Assembly (NCBI GenBank): GCA_045837725.1
Contig: JBEWZL010000179.1
Span: forward strand, 62,001 to 126,000
DNA: 64,000 nucleotides
Direction of reading: 5' to 3'
Origin: Vermamoeba vermiformis
Lineage: Eukaryota
Each line of letters opens with the position of its first letter. Within the stretch, counting starts at the first letter, position 1. A model generated the notes under the pieces. It made no database searches. It worked only from the letters and a program-made list of their open reading frames with translations, and was not told the origin of the DNA. Below, one piece after another: positions 13,905 to 25,758 of this stretch. Position numbers and translations under genes: made by a program.

Positions 13905-16088
13905 ATGGACGAGTACGGCAGCGCTAATAGTGACGTGCAGCCGTTGTTGTCCAACTTCGCATCTAACAACGCGCCGAAGAAAGACGAACGAAATCAAAAC
14001 AGTTTAGTCACGATATTTTCTCTATGGTAAATTTTATTGCAATATAATGACTATAATAAAAAGATTCGGTTTTGATCAGCGATCTAGATCAACAAAATCA
14101 ACTCTATAAAAATTCAGAAAATTAATATAACCGTTCTATAGGAATACTATGATGGGAAGCAGCTTGCTCGCGCTTCCGTGGGGTTTTAGTCAAGCAGGTA
14201 ATTTAATGAAAAATTAAATCATCATTTGTTGGGTATTAACTGATTTAATTTAGGAATTGGCGCTGGCATGGTAGTCATCTTATAAACAAGAATAATATCG
14301 ACATAGTTGAGCTTAAATATTATCATAACTAGGGCGTACTTGTCGTAATTGGCTTGATCTGTTTTTATACCTGTTATTTATTTAGTAAGAATTATTTGGC
14401 TAACAAATAATGGTCATATTATAAATACTAATATGCGTAATATTATCATAGTCAAAAACGCGTCAAAATTCAACGGCGATTTTATTGAATTATGCAAACT
14501 TCATACTGGTCGATTTGGCGAGGCTTTATCTGCTTTAATTTCCATTCTTGTAAGTAAAATAATATATTTATACAATAATACATTTTTTTTTGCGAGTTTC
14601 GCCAACCTGGATGTGATCGCGGAACGGGATCGCAACCGAATCGAAAATTTCGTCCGAATTTTGCTTTTCTTATTGGTTATATATTATATTTATAGGTCCT
14701 AGTCGGAGCACTTATTTCATACGGTATTTTAATGACTGACAGTTTGCACACCGTTGTCAACACGTTCCGAAGTATTGGTGCTGGATCTGAAGTGCCCGTA
14801 AGAACAACAAATCACATTTCTATCTCAAAATTATTATACTGATCATATAATTATGTAGGATGATGATTTTTGGAATGAAAAAATGGCAGCAGGAGTTGTG
14901 CCCGTTTTAGTCTTTCCGTTCGCGAACTTCAAAACAGTCGGAATTTTATTGAAGTTAGCGACTTTTGGCTTATTTTGCGTGCTGTATAATATTGGATTCT
15001 TTGTATACAATTCGCTGTTCGTCGAAAAAGTCCATTTCGACAGCGTGCCAATCATCGAACAAAAATTCTACTATTTGGCTGGACTTTTGTTGCTAAGGTA
15101 CGTAGAATAATATAATACCTCCTATTTAATATATGTTTAATGAAATTAAGGCAAATATTAACGGTGGAATATTTTTGGAATTTTTTATTAATTTTTTCAC
15201 TGCTGTCAGTTTTTTCATTCACAACTGCGTCCTTTCATTGGTCAAGCAAAACAAAAATCAGAAAAATAACGCACGTGACTTGGGAATTGCGTATTTACTG
15301 ACTGGATTCTGTTACTCATTGGTCGGTGGTGTCGTATACTTGGCCTATCATAACAACACGATTCCGCAAGATTTTCTCAATTTTTACTCGCACAAAGACA
15401 TTGGCGCAACGATTGGAAGAATTGCTATATTAATTCAATTAATCACCGTGTATCCCGTCCTTGCATTCGTCATCAGGTACGTGTCAGATCTTGCCTTAAA
15501 TGGACATCGGGCAGACTTCCGATGAATTTTTTGCAGATTACATTTGCGTCCGTTTAGTTTTCTGTGTCTAATTTTAGCCTGTAACGGTTCTAAAAATGGA
15601 ATCAGATAATTCTGGATCTGACCGTTGCCATCAAATTTTCGCGTTTAACAATTCTATAAATATGAGTATTATTTTTATGTTATCTTAATACTAATCATAT
15701 ATTATTTCGATACAGATCGCAATTTTTCAGCTATTTGAAGTTTGAAGAGCCCAGTTACCCGGGATTTTTCCCAGTGTTGTTATTGAACTTTGTACTCGTA
15801 GCAACTTCGACGTTGTTCGCCATGTTTTATCCGAATATTGGCACTGTTCTTCGGTAACTATATATGGGAGAGACTATTACAGACACCAGATTGCTTAACG
15901 CCTATTTTTTTGTTTTCAGATTCGTCGGATCTGCTGCCGGCTTGTGGTTCGTTTTTGTTCTGCCGATTTATATCCACTTGAAATCGCAGTACAGGAAACA
16001 GAGGGGTACTATTGGATTATTTTCATTAATATTCCACGCCTTCTTGGTGCTCTTTGGAACAGCGGTACTCGTTTCTCAATTCTTTTAA
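13905..16088 (+). CDS. SLC38A9-like amino acid transporter (AAAP family, probably lysosomal)
   Basis: Spliced NSLVTIFSLWNTMMGSSLLALPWG, SFFIHNC, NNARDLGIAY, IPQDFLN, QLITVYP, PNIGTVLRFVGSAAG. N-terminal DVQPLL dileucine motif. Confidence 0.85.
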
Positions 16089-16406
16089 AAAAGGATTTTT
16101 CTAATAAATTCAAACCGAATTTTATTATTTTCTTAAGCGAATTATCAACCAATAACTTCAATATCGTATCGATTACACAATAACCTTTCGTCTTGAAATA
16201 TACTAACTTACTGAAATTTCAATATTTTTGGTCATCATTTGCGGAATGTTGTCTAAATCAGAACAATTTTGCTGGATTTGCAAGATTGATGTCGGTATGA
16301 TAAATATTACAGACAATGCAAGTGCATGGCATACACACGACTTTTCACTCAAAAAAGTTTAAATACGCAACCGACTCTTTCAAAAGTAATTCAATCCTTT
16401 CATAAT

Positions 16407-19287
16407 ATGAGCAATACCACGCGACAAAAATACTTCTTAGCAGGCCTACTGCTTCTCGTAGGCGTAAGTAGAGACTTAATCAATCTCGTCAGCAGATTCA
16501 CTGAATGTTTCTTTTTAGATCTGCGCCGTTTCAGCGAGAGTCTATGATGATTGTACGACTAGAGAGTACGTTCATTTCCACAACATCGATATGATCATTG
16601 ATTATCGAAACGCTGCGAACTATCTCAATGATGTTGGAAGATTCAAGCGAGATATGCGAAGTACGTAACTCTAGAAAGCTCGGCTAGCAACTAAATACTA
16701 ACATAATATTATAGATAATCAGAATAGAAATCCTGGTGCAAATAAATTCTTCATAGTGTACAAATCCGCTAGCGGATTTAACTGCTTTTACGCACGGACG
16801 TACTTCTTGGATGGAACTTCAGAAGAGCGACATTTTTACATTTCTACGGACAATGTGAATAAGGTCGAGCTTATTGCTGGCCAGTACATCGAGAGTAAGT
16901 CTTAATTTTGATACTCCAAACCTGCGGGGTAGATCTAACCATCTATTTTTAAGGCGGCAAAATCTATTCATCAGGTGGCTGGTACTATCGAGATCTGTGG
17001 CTCACATCATTGCCCGATAAGACTCATTTCATTGAACTTCATTTTGCTGACTGGATTTACGCTGGTAATTACATTGCAATAATTTTTAAAACTCCGCTCT
17101 TGGCTGATCTTGTCGCATAATTCTCCGACAGGCACTGTCAATTACTGGTCTCCTCAAGTATCCGATGTTAGTTTCTGGGAAGCAGGTGATCCTATCTGCG
17201 GTAACGGAGTCTGCGGTGGCACCGACGCACGTGGTCGAGTGGAGAATTGCTGGAATTGCCCTCAAGATTGCGGAAATTGTCCGATCCCGACTTGTGGTAA
17301 TGGTGTTTGTGAATTGGGCGAAGGATGGGCGCTCAAGGTAAGTGACTTTAGACACTTTTGACAGCTTGGATCTAATTATTTCACCAAATCTATAGACCGG
17401 TGAATATGCCATCGATCTTGGCTATTTAACTTGCCCTGAAGATTGCGGTGGCACTCATGTTTGCGGCAATCGAATCTGCGACCCCACTGGTAGGCTCAAT
17501 CAATTCTTTAATAGACATCTGTCTGACACGTGTCATTAGAATCCAGTGGCTCTCAAACTCAGTTTGGATGTTCTGGCGATTGCACACTCTTGACCGATAT
17601 CAGCTATTTCAATCCTGGTAAGTCTTACGAATTCATAATTGTAATTGTTCAACTTTGACACTTGTCACTCAGGTGTTTGCGGTGATGGCAAGTGCAATGG
17701 TAATGAGACCTGTGGCACGTGTGCCACTGACTGTGGTGTGTGCCCTCAATGCGGTGACGGTCGTTGCAATGGTGACGAGACTTGCACTAACTGCGCTCAA
17801 GACTGCGGTACGTAACTCTCACTTTGACACGTGTCACTTTTCTGACGCACACTATCGCATCAGGTGCGTGTGTTGCTCGTGTTCTCTCGAATTGCATCTT
17901 GCCTGGTCTCAATAACCCACCAATTTCATCTCCTCCGCCTCCTCCAGTCCCCGCGCCAACTCCTGTCGCCACACCAATCGCCTCGCCTCCACCAACCCCA
18001 GTGCCTGCACCCACGCCAGTTGCAACTCCTCCACCTCCTGTTGGCCAAGGCATTCCTATTCCCGGCATCGTAGAGGTTGAGAACTACAACACGGGAGGTC
18101 AAAATGTTGGCTACTACGACACAACACCTGGCAACTCGGGTGGAGTCTACAGAACAGACGACGTTGATATCATTGCCTGCGGGGACACTACGCCTTGCTA
18201 TGCGCTCGGATACATTGACCCTACCGAATGGTTGCAGTTCACAGTCAATGTTCAGACCACTGGTATCTACAACATCAACGCAAGATACGCGTACCCCGAC
18301 GGCACGCCAGTCACTGCTTTGAGACAAATCACGGTCAAAGTTGACGGCACACAAGTTACACAACTCGCATTGGCTCCTTCAGGAGGCTGGGGCACTTGGG
18401 TGACCAGTCCCAACTATCAAACTAGCGTGCCTCTGACTGCTGGCACGCACATGCTCAGACTTGAGTTCAGCCAAGGCTGGTGGAGTCTCAATTACTTGAC
18501 CTTCATCCTCGCTAGTGCTACGCCCGTGGCAACGCCAGTCGCTGTTCCCGTCACTCCTCCCGTTACACCACCCGTCACACCTCCTGTTGCCCCGCCTGTG
18601 GCAGCTCCCGTGACGCCTCCAGTTGCTCCGCCTGTCCAAGCCCCTGTTGCCGCTCCAGTACCTGTCTCAAATGACATCGTAACAATCATTCCTGGACGTC
18701 TTTCGGTAAGTAGCATATCCGTTCTAAATTGTTCACGCAAACTGACTGACACTTTGACAGATGTCAGACTACAAATCAGGTGGTGAAGGCGTGGCGTACC
18801 ATGACTTGGACGCAGTGAATCAGGGCACACCGACCTGTCGCGGCACTGAAGGTGTTGATATGGAAGCCGTTACTCGCCCCGACGGTACCGCTGCGTGTGT
18901 TGTGGGCTGGATGAGCCCCGGCGAGTGGATCAAGTACCGAATTAACGTGCAGACCGCGGGCACTTATAAAATCACCGCAAGGTACTCGTATCCTTCCCTC
19001 GGCACGCCTGTTGTGCCCGCTAACGTGCGCACATTCCGCTTGCAATTGGATGCCTTGACCACTTATGGCACCTTCTCTGTACCTCCTGCGAGCGCTGGTT
19101 ACGGTAAGCAGATCTCGATCCGAAAGTAACTTGAAATTTGATCTAACGGCGTTAAAAAATAGATTGGGCGTTCACTACGTACACTGCTACTTGGTCGCAG
19201 ACTATTTCAGCTGGATTGCACGACTTGACGTTCTATCCTGACTCGGAATGGTGGCGTATCGACTACATCGACTTTGCTTTGGCTTAA
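16407..19287 (+). CDS. Secreted protein: unknown N-domain, Cys-rich CGDGxC repeats, Pro-rich linkers and two CBM6/35-like modules
   Basis: Signal-like KYFLAGLLLLVG. Repeats CGNGVC and CGDGKCNGNETC. IPGIVEVENYNTGGQNVGYYD...EWLQFTVNVQTTGIYNINARY and a second GEWIKYRINVQTAGTYKITARY module. Confidence 0.8.
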
Positions 19288-19436
19288 TTGTAGTATTTTT
19301 TATCATAAATTGTAGTATTTACATTAGTCTAAGTCAAACTTTATTCAAATAGCAGAATCAAGTCCAACAAAGATTGGATGTAGGTACTGAGACAAAATTT
19401 TTAATGAAACAATGTAAAAGGACGGACTAATTGAAC

Positions 19437-20547
19437 TTAGTCGAAGCAGGTCTTGGCCTTGTTGTAGAGAGCACGACGCTCAGCCAAGCCGTTAGTGCCT
19501 CCGTTGATGCGGCGAGAAGCACCGTCAATGTCGCGGCGATCAGAGTAGCCATTGAGGTTGTTCTTTTCCCAGAACCAGCCAGCAGTAAGGAAGGCGTGGG
19601 GCATAGTGGCAACCATCTAATAGTTTAAGCGTTAATAACTGGCGTCAAACTAAAAAAATTGCGGTGGATCTGATCAGTAGTAAAACTCGATGCAGCATTT
19701 CAATTTCAGGCTGGTAAATTGTCGAATAGAGCTACTATATCGTATTAAATACATACATCAGGGTCAGAGACGTAATCGTAGCCCAAAGCATCGCCAGCAG
19801 TGCGGTAGTTGGAGCGGTGAGTCAATTGCATAGCACCACGGCCTCTGTATCTGCAGCCGCCATCATACTAGAATAAAGCGTTAGTAATTATAACTTTTAC
19901 ACCAATAATATGAGTTAAAATGTCCTGACAATCTCGCGTACGAGGTTAAAAGATCTGGAATTGAAAAGCGCAACTCGATACGCTCAAACTCGCAGTATTT
20001 TAGTGAAATTATATTTACCTTGTGGCACCACTTGTTAGTACCGTCGGCATTAGTGTATTCAACAAAAGTATTGTAGTTCGCGGTTTCATCTGTCAAAAAA
20101 ATCAATTAAGCAACTGACAGCGGGTAAAAGCTTGGATTAATATTAACTTACGTCCAGTTTGAGCCATGAACATACTGTACGAAGAGAAAATGTTAGCGAA
20201 TTGCGCCGGATTTGGAAATAGTTAAAATTATAGAAATTTGAAATTAAATCATTCTACTTACGTAATTCTGTTGAAGGTGTTGATCTCATATTGGTCGAGA
20301 ACTATAATAAGCGAGAAAGGGGTTAATTACGGGCATCCGGAACGATTCGGTGAATAAACATATAAATCTCGTCAAATCCAAAAGATTTAGCGTCGATTTA
20401 ATTACCTTGGTTCAAAGAAGGGAGCCAAGAGTTGATCTTGGAAGCCTTGACTTGAGGGAACATGCATTGGAATTGTTGCAAGGTAACATATTGAGCAGAA
20501 GCCAATCCCATAAGGACGACCAAAACGACTACGACTTGCTTGATCAT
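19437..20547 (-). CDS. Secreted glycoside hydrolase family 19 (endolysin/lysozyme-like chitinase fold), about 6 exons
   Basis: Signal MIKQVVVVLVVLMGLASA. Spliced YEINTFNRI..MFMAQTGHETA, YRGRGAMQLTHRSNY, AGWFWEKNNLN, SRRINGGTNGLAERRALYNKAK. Confidence 0.88.
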
Positions 20548-20660
20548 TGTGTCGGATAATAGGCACTACTAAGTACGAGTAATGTCGATGTAATTGAAAG
20601 AAAAAAGAACTTGAAAATGAAAAAAAATCATAACCCGTTAAATGTCCTTCGAGACATGTT

Positions 20661-20672
20661 TGACACGTGTCA
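20661..20672. promoter_or_regulatory. Palindrome TGACACGTGTCA, 114 bp upstream of the GH19 start codon
   Basis: An exact 12-bp palindrome with a CACGTG (G-box/E-box) core, recurring upstream of other ATGs in this window. Confidence 0.45.
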
Positions 20673-21007
20673 GTCCGGCCTGTCAATCCCTTTGTGAGTC
20701 AGGAGTAACATTTAGTGTACCTCTAGTTACTCCCTCAAATAACCGACTTCTTGCTATCAGATCCACCACCGACCGGCCAGCAGTCGTTCACTTTCATTTC
20801 CAGCCGTTCATTGGATCTGCAGAGCGAACGACGATTGGTCAATTTGAAAGAGAGATAAGAGAGACTATAACTATGTATATTAACGTCATAAGTAATACAA
20901 GTAATTGATATGAATAGAAATTAATTAAAGTTAGTACTACAAATACAAGTTCGGATTCGTTCTATTGTTACATTTTAATAGATTTTAGTTGCTGTTATTA
21001 TTCATTA

Positions 21008-24000
21008 TTATTTATCATCGCCTTCTTCTTGATACTTCCTCAATAATCCGCGCAATTCGAACACTTCGTTCTTCAGGATCATGTTCTCGTGATAATATTT
21101 TTCGTACATATCGCGGTAATCACTGCTCGAAGCCTCTCTTAACTTCTTATTCTCGCTCTTCAGTTCTTTAATTTGATCGCTCATTGACTTGACGCTGCTG
21201 GCTAGTTGCGCCATTTCATCTTCAAATGAAGATCCGGTTTGTTGCAAGTAACTTCCGTTGTTGAAACTGCCAGTAGTGCCTGTAGTCGCCGTGGTACCTT
21301 TTTTCGTGGAATTTTTCTTGTCGCTAGATGACGCGAATTTTTTGGTGTAAGATCTGATCACGGCTTGTAATTGCTCTTCGTTCATTTGGCGCAATTGTTC
21401 CTCGGAGTAATTGAACAACAATCGGAGTTTTGGCACGAACAACACGCTCAGCGAGACCATCGTGATGAACAGTACGCAGCAGCATAGCAGTGCGAATCGG
21501 ACGATGACATCTGTCACTAAGAAGATGACAGCAACAAAAATGACGATGAAGCCGAAGTTGTACATGGCCCAGCCTATGTATTTTGCTTCGTTGTACAGCG
21601 TCAAGCGCAATTTACTCACTAGCGCTGAAATGATAATGCCGAAGATCATGACTATGCCCTATATTAATACCATGTTAGTAACTATAAATAACACAAAAGC
21701 TATTAATAAAAATTTAAATTTCGAATTGTGGAATAACCGCGATCCAAACATGAAAGTAATAATCGGGATTTAATGAATTCATGAAAGGTACGGAGGGAAT
21801 ATTTGCAGCTATTTTTAGCGTATACTTACGTTGTAGACGAGCAACGTGATGCCAGTAGCGAAATGAAAAGTGCAGAAGGAAAATTCAGCGTCGCCTTCGT
21901 TCTGGAAGAGGAACTGAGCAGGTTGAATAGCCATCATAGCCACTAATATGGCAATTTCACCGAGCAAGATTATTCCAACTCCGAATCCGACATCTCGATC
22001 CGTGTATTTGACGATCTGAAGGGACTTATTTGCGAACAATAAGTAGATTCTACCAGTCTTGGCGAATAGAGATCTATATCATGAATACAATCCGTTAGAT
22101 AACCGCAGAGAACAAATGTATATGAAAACTAAACGAAAAATTAACTTTTCCAAATATGGTAAAATTGAAAGTCTATAATTAGCTGGAATTCTGAATGGTT
22201 ACATACCCGAACAACAAGGCAAAGCCAACAGGCAACATCCATATAAATAAGTTGCAGCCAATATCGGAACTTGCAACGAATGCGACGACAGATCCAAACA
22301 TGAGGATGCCTCCAATGCACATTGATATCAAGAATACACCGCTGGATGCGATAATAACCTTCGATTGACGACTATAAACAATACAGAATGGGTTAATTTG
22401 AAATTGTTAGACGCATCTGGATCTACGTACTATTTGACAGTGACGCTCAAATAGAACACCGTGCAGGCAATGCACAGCCCGCTCAAAATCCACATTGCGA
22501 TCATTAAATCGAGGCCGACTTCCTTGAACGAAGCTGATGCATATGAGGTCAGTAAGTGTTAATAGTACGTAGATCTTGCTACTCACAAGGGCGGATCCAA
22601 TTGGTCCAGATCTGTTCGTTGGCTTGAATCCACGCGCAAGCAGCATCAGTGACGCTCATGTTCTTATACACCAAGCCGAGCATCTCCGTCATTTCATTAT
22701 TGTTGATCGAATACGACGACACTAAGAACGCTGCTTCAGGGCTGTATTGTGAAAGACCAGGCCACATGATTTTTCCCAAGATATCAGGAGGATAATAGAT
22801 CGCTAGGGAAGAATAACATTGATTAATGCACATTAATTAACACAGCGGAATAATCTTCCGGATTGTATCGGTCTATCGGCCATCGTGAAAAATTTTTGAC
22901 AGTCACGCGATAAATTACTTAATCATTCAAATAAGGTATTACTTACTATCATTCGGCAGGGTAATGCGCAGCAAATCATACACGCTGCTGAGAGGGTGGG
23001 GGCGCCAAAAGTAAAACAACATTTGTTCCTTCTTGGCATATCTTTCCGCCAACATTTGTGCCATGTCTTCCTCGCCGCCAAGCACTTCAACGTTCAGTGA
23101 AAAGTTAAAGTCGTGAATGACGCGTCGTTCGGGACCACCCCAGTCAATGTCGCCTAGGATAAAGGTGTTGTTGAAGTACGCTGCGACGGACGGCGAGAAG
23201 TCTCCGAATAACACTTGGGGCACGTCATTGACGACATATTTAGGCACATACCAACCTATTTAAATTTAAATATGATGAGGTTAGTATCCGCAATTGAAAC
23301 AAATTCAAATTTATTGACTAGATCTTGCAACAAAACAAATTCCTGCAATGCAAGTTTATTAAATTTCACGTGCTAAATAAGATGACGATCGATTTCATAA
23401 TTTTGATCAACGTGGTCATATAACGCGAAGACGTTAAGTAACGGTCTAAAAGTTAAGATCTGGTTCACACAACTTACCAACTTGACCGACAATGCCTAAA
23501 GGACCAGCGGCGACAACGGATTTGTCCTGTGTCAAGTACTTTTGTTCTTCGGCACCTCGTTCTGAAGGCCTAAAGTGAAAGGTCAATCAGTTCACCGGTA
23601 AATTCATTCACTTATGATATGACTTGACGTCTTAAATCTCGAATTGCAGAAAACTCCGGCAGAAGGGACAGAATGAGCTCTCTAAAGATTTAATATGGAC
23701 TTACCAGTACTCCATAGCCGCATGAATGTTTCCCTGTGCGATTTCTCCCCAGACCGGTGCCGAATCTATCGGAACCAGCGTGGTATTGATGCCCACAACT
23801 TCTTCCAATAAAATTCTAACGATCTCGGCATTAATGATGGCGCTTGACCACGGGTTCAACGCAATGTTGACGGGGTTGCGAGCGGTATAGCCTAAACATA
23901 AGCGGAACATTAGCACGTTACAAATTGCCGATTTGTTATTGAAACTCCGCTGCCGAAACAATACTCCACACGATTAAGCGAGCCTAGTCATGTAAAATAG

Positions 24001-24223
24001 CTATCGGTCACACATGCAATTTCAAAAATTTATGGTATACTCAATGCAGTAAGGCAAGATCTTGTAATTGTCTTAAAAGTATACTACAACACGTACCTGC
24101 AGGCTGTGGTCGACCAAGACACGCTCCCTTCTCTGTCGAAATTGCTGTTTGGGAGTAGCAGGTTGAGGCGCATGCTAGTACGACGATGAAAGCTGTTATC
24201 AGAATGGATCCAAGCCTTGCCAT
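21008..24223 (-). CDS. Class C (GABA-B/Grl-like) GPCR with a ProX/OpuAC-type substrate-binding ectodomain and C-terminal coiled coil
   Basis: Signal peptide. Ectodomain NPWSSAIINAEIVRILLEEVVG...GNIHAAMEYW, GWYVPKYVV, LFYFWRPHPL, DAACAWIQANEQIWTNWI. 7TM motifs SLFAKTGRIY, YNEAKYIGWAMYN, LFVPKL. Coiled-coil tail. Confidence 0.85.
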
Positions 24224-24421
24224 TGCGAATCTGCACCAACAAGGAGATTTGTGGTGACTAAGGAAGGAAAAAATGAATAACTGCGCCTGAACGTCGTTTT
24301 TCGTAATTTATGGCAGGTTGAACGAAGTGTACAAAGGCAGATTAGGTCTAAATAAGGAAAATCTCAAACTCGACGCACAAAATCATATTAAAATCAGAAA
24401 TTCAATTGTTTTCTGTTGATA

Positions 24422-24451
24422 TAGCGAAACAATAGTTACTGTAAAATTTGG
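24422..24451 (+). repeat. Left terminal inverted repeat TAGCGAAACAATAGTTACTGTAAAATTTGG
   Basis: Matches the reverse complement of 27446-27475 at 29/30 positions. Confidence 0.93.
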
Positions 24452-24591
24452 AGTCACCTGCCAATCAACTTGTCTCACTACTGGTGGAATTAATTTTGTT
24501 TCCACCAAATTTCTGACCAATAGAATCACGCGTCAATAATTTTGATTTGTTTACGCCGACCTGTAGAATTATATGTAAAACAACGTGTAAC

Positions 24592-25758
24592 ATGGCCACA
24601 AATCAATTTGGTGGTGTATATTTCCCTGGGGCTTGTTACGATCAGTTACTCCGTATTCGAATACTGCAAGATTTGATTAGTCTTCAACCAAATCATGGTG
24701 CAAAGAGTGAGCTCGCAAGAAAATACAGTGTTTCACCAGCGTATATATCAAAGTTAAATAATCTATTTGTGGAATATTTGACCGATCCTTCTGGAGAAAA
24801 AGCACGCAATCTACTTTTTTCTCGCTCGCACTGTAGGTTCATTAATTAAATTGGTAAATAATATTATAATTAACGCCTATATATCTAGCACACATCCGTG
24901 AGTCACGTAAGCTGGATATTGAGAGCATTCTGTATATTTTACTGCTTGTTGAACAAAATCCGACCATCTACCTTTGGGAACTACAATTAATGCTTTATGC
25001 TCATCTCAATATCGAAGTATCAATGGAGACCATTCGAAAGACTATGATAGAGATCGGACTAACACATAAGAAAGTGTCAAGAGTGCATCTCCGCAGATTT
25101 ACTCCCCGAAACATACAATGGCGACGAGTTTATTCGGAACTGATTAGCCAAGCAAACGTTGATAGATTATTTTATTTTGACGAATGTGGTTTTGCAAGGC
25201 GTGACACACAGCGAAATTATGGTTGGAGCGCATCTCGTCGTTGTGTAGCAATTGATGACTGGACGAGACTACCAGCGATTCAACTACTCGCATTAATGGG
25301 CAAGAATGGTGTGCAAGCGATTCAGCTCCTATCTGGTACAGTAACAAGCCTGCACATCTGCAACTACTTTCTTGTGCACGTGTTCCCGTTCTTACCTCAA
25401 GGCTCTGTCATCGTGATGGACAATGCATCGATTCATCGTGGTGCAACATCGCAGTTCCTTGCCGACTTGCTGCAATTAAAGGACTCTGTTTTAATTTTTT
25501 TGCCACCGTACTCGTAAGTCTACTTGAGTCTTTAAATTTGTTGTGCAAGCCACCAAAATACTAATAATATTTCTACCCTACAGACCTGACCTAAACCCAA
25601 TTGAAAATATGTTCGGGACGCTGAAATGCTTTATTAAAGATCAGCGATGTACAACAAACGAAGATCTGCTTGACAGCATTTTTCGTGGGATTGATCTTAT
25701 TACTCCAGAACATTGCACGAGCTGGTTCGTGCACTGTGGTATTGTTACTCCACAATAG
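24592..25758 (+). CDS. DD37E transposase (~346 aa, 3 exons)
   Basis: Exons 24592-24832, 24889-25513 and 25584-25758 splice in frame (1041 nt). Motifs FYFDECGF, VIVMDNASIH, FLPPYSPDLNPIE, with 37 residues between the second D and E. HTH-like region NPTIYLWELQ...VSMETIRKTM. Confidence 0.92.

Noticed and set aside
17930-18670. GC-rich short tandem-like repeats (also 55320-55500)
   Set aside because: They simply encode PVAP/PVTP proline-rich linkers of the CBM proteins.
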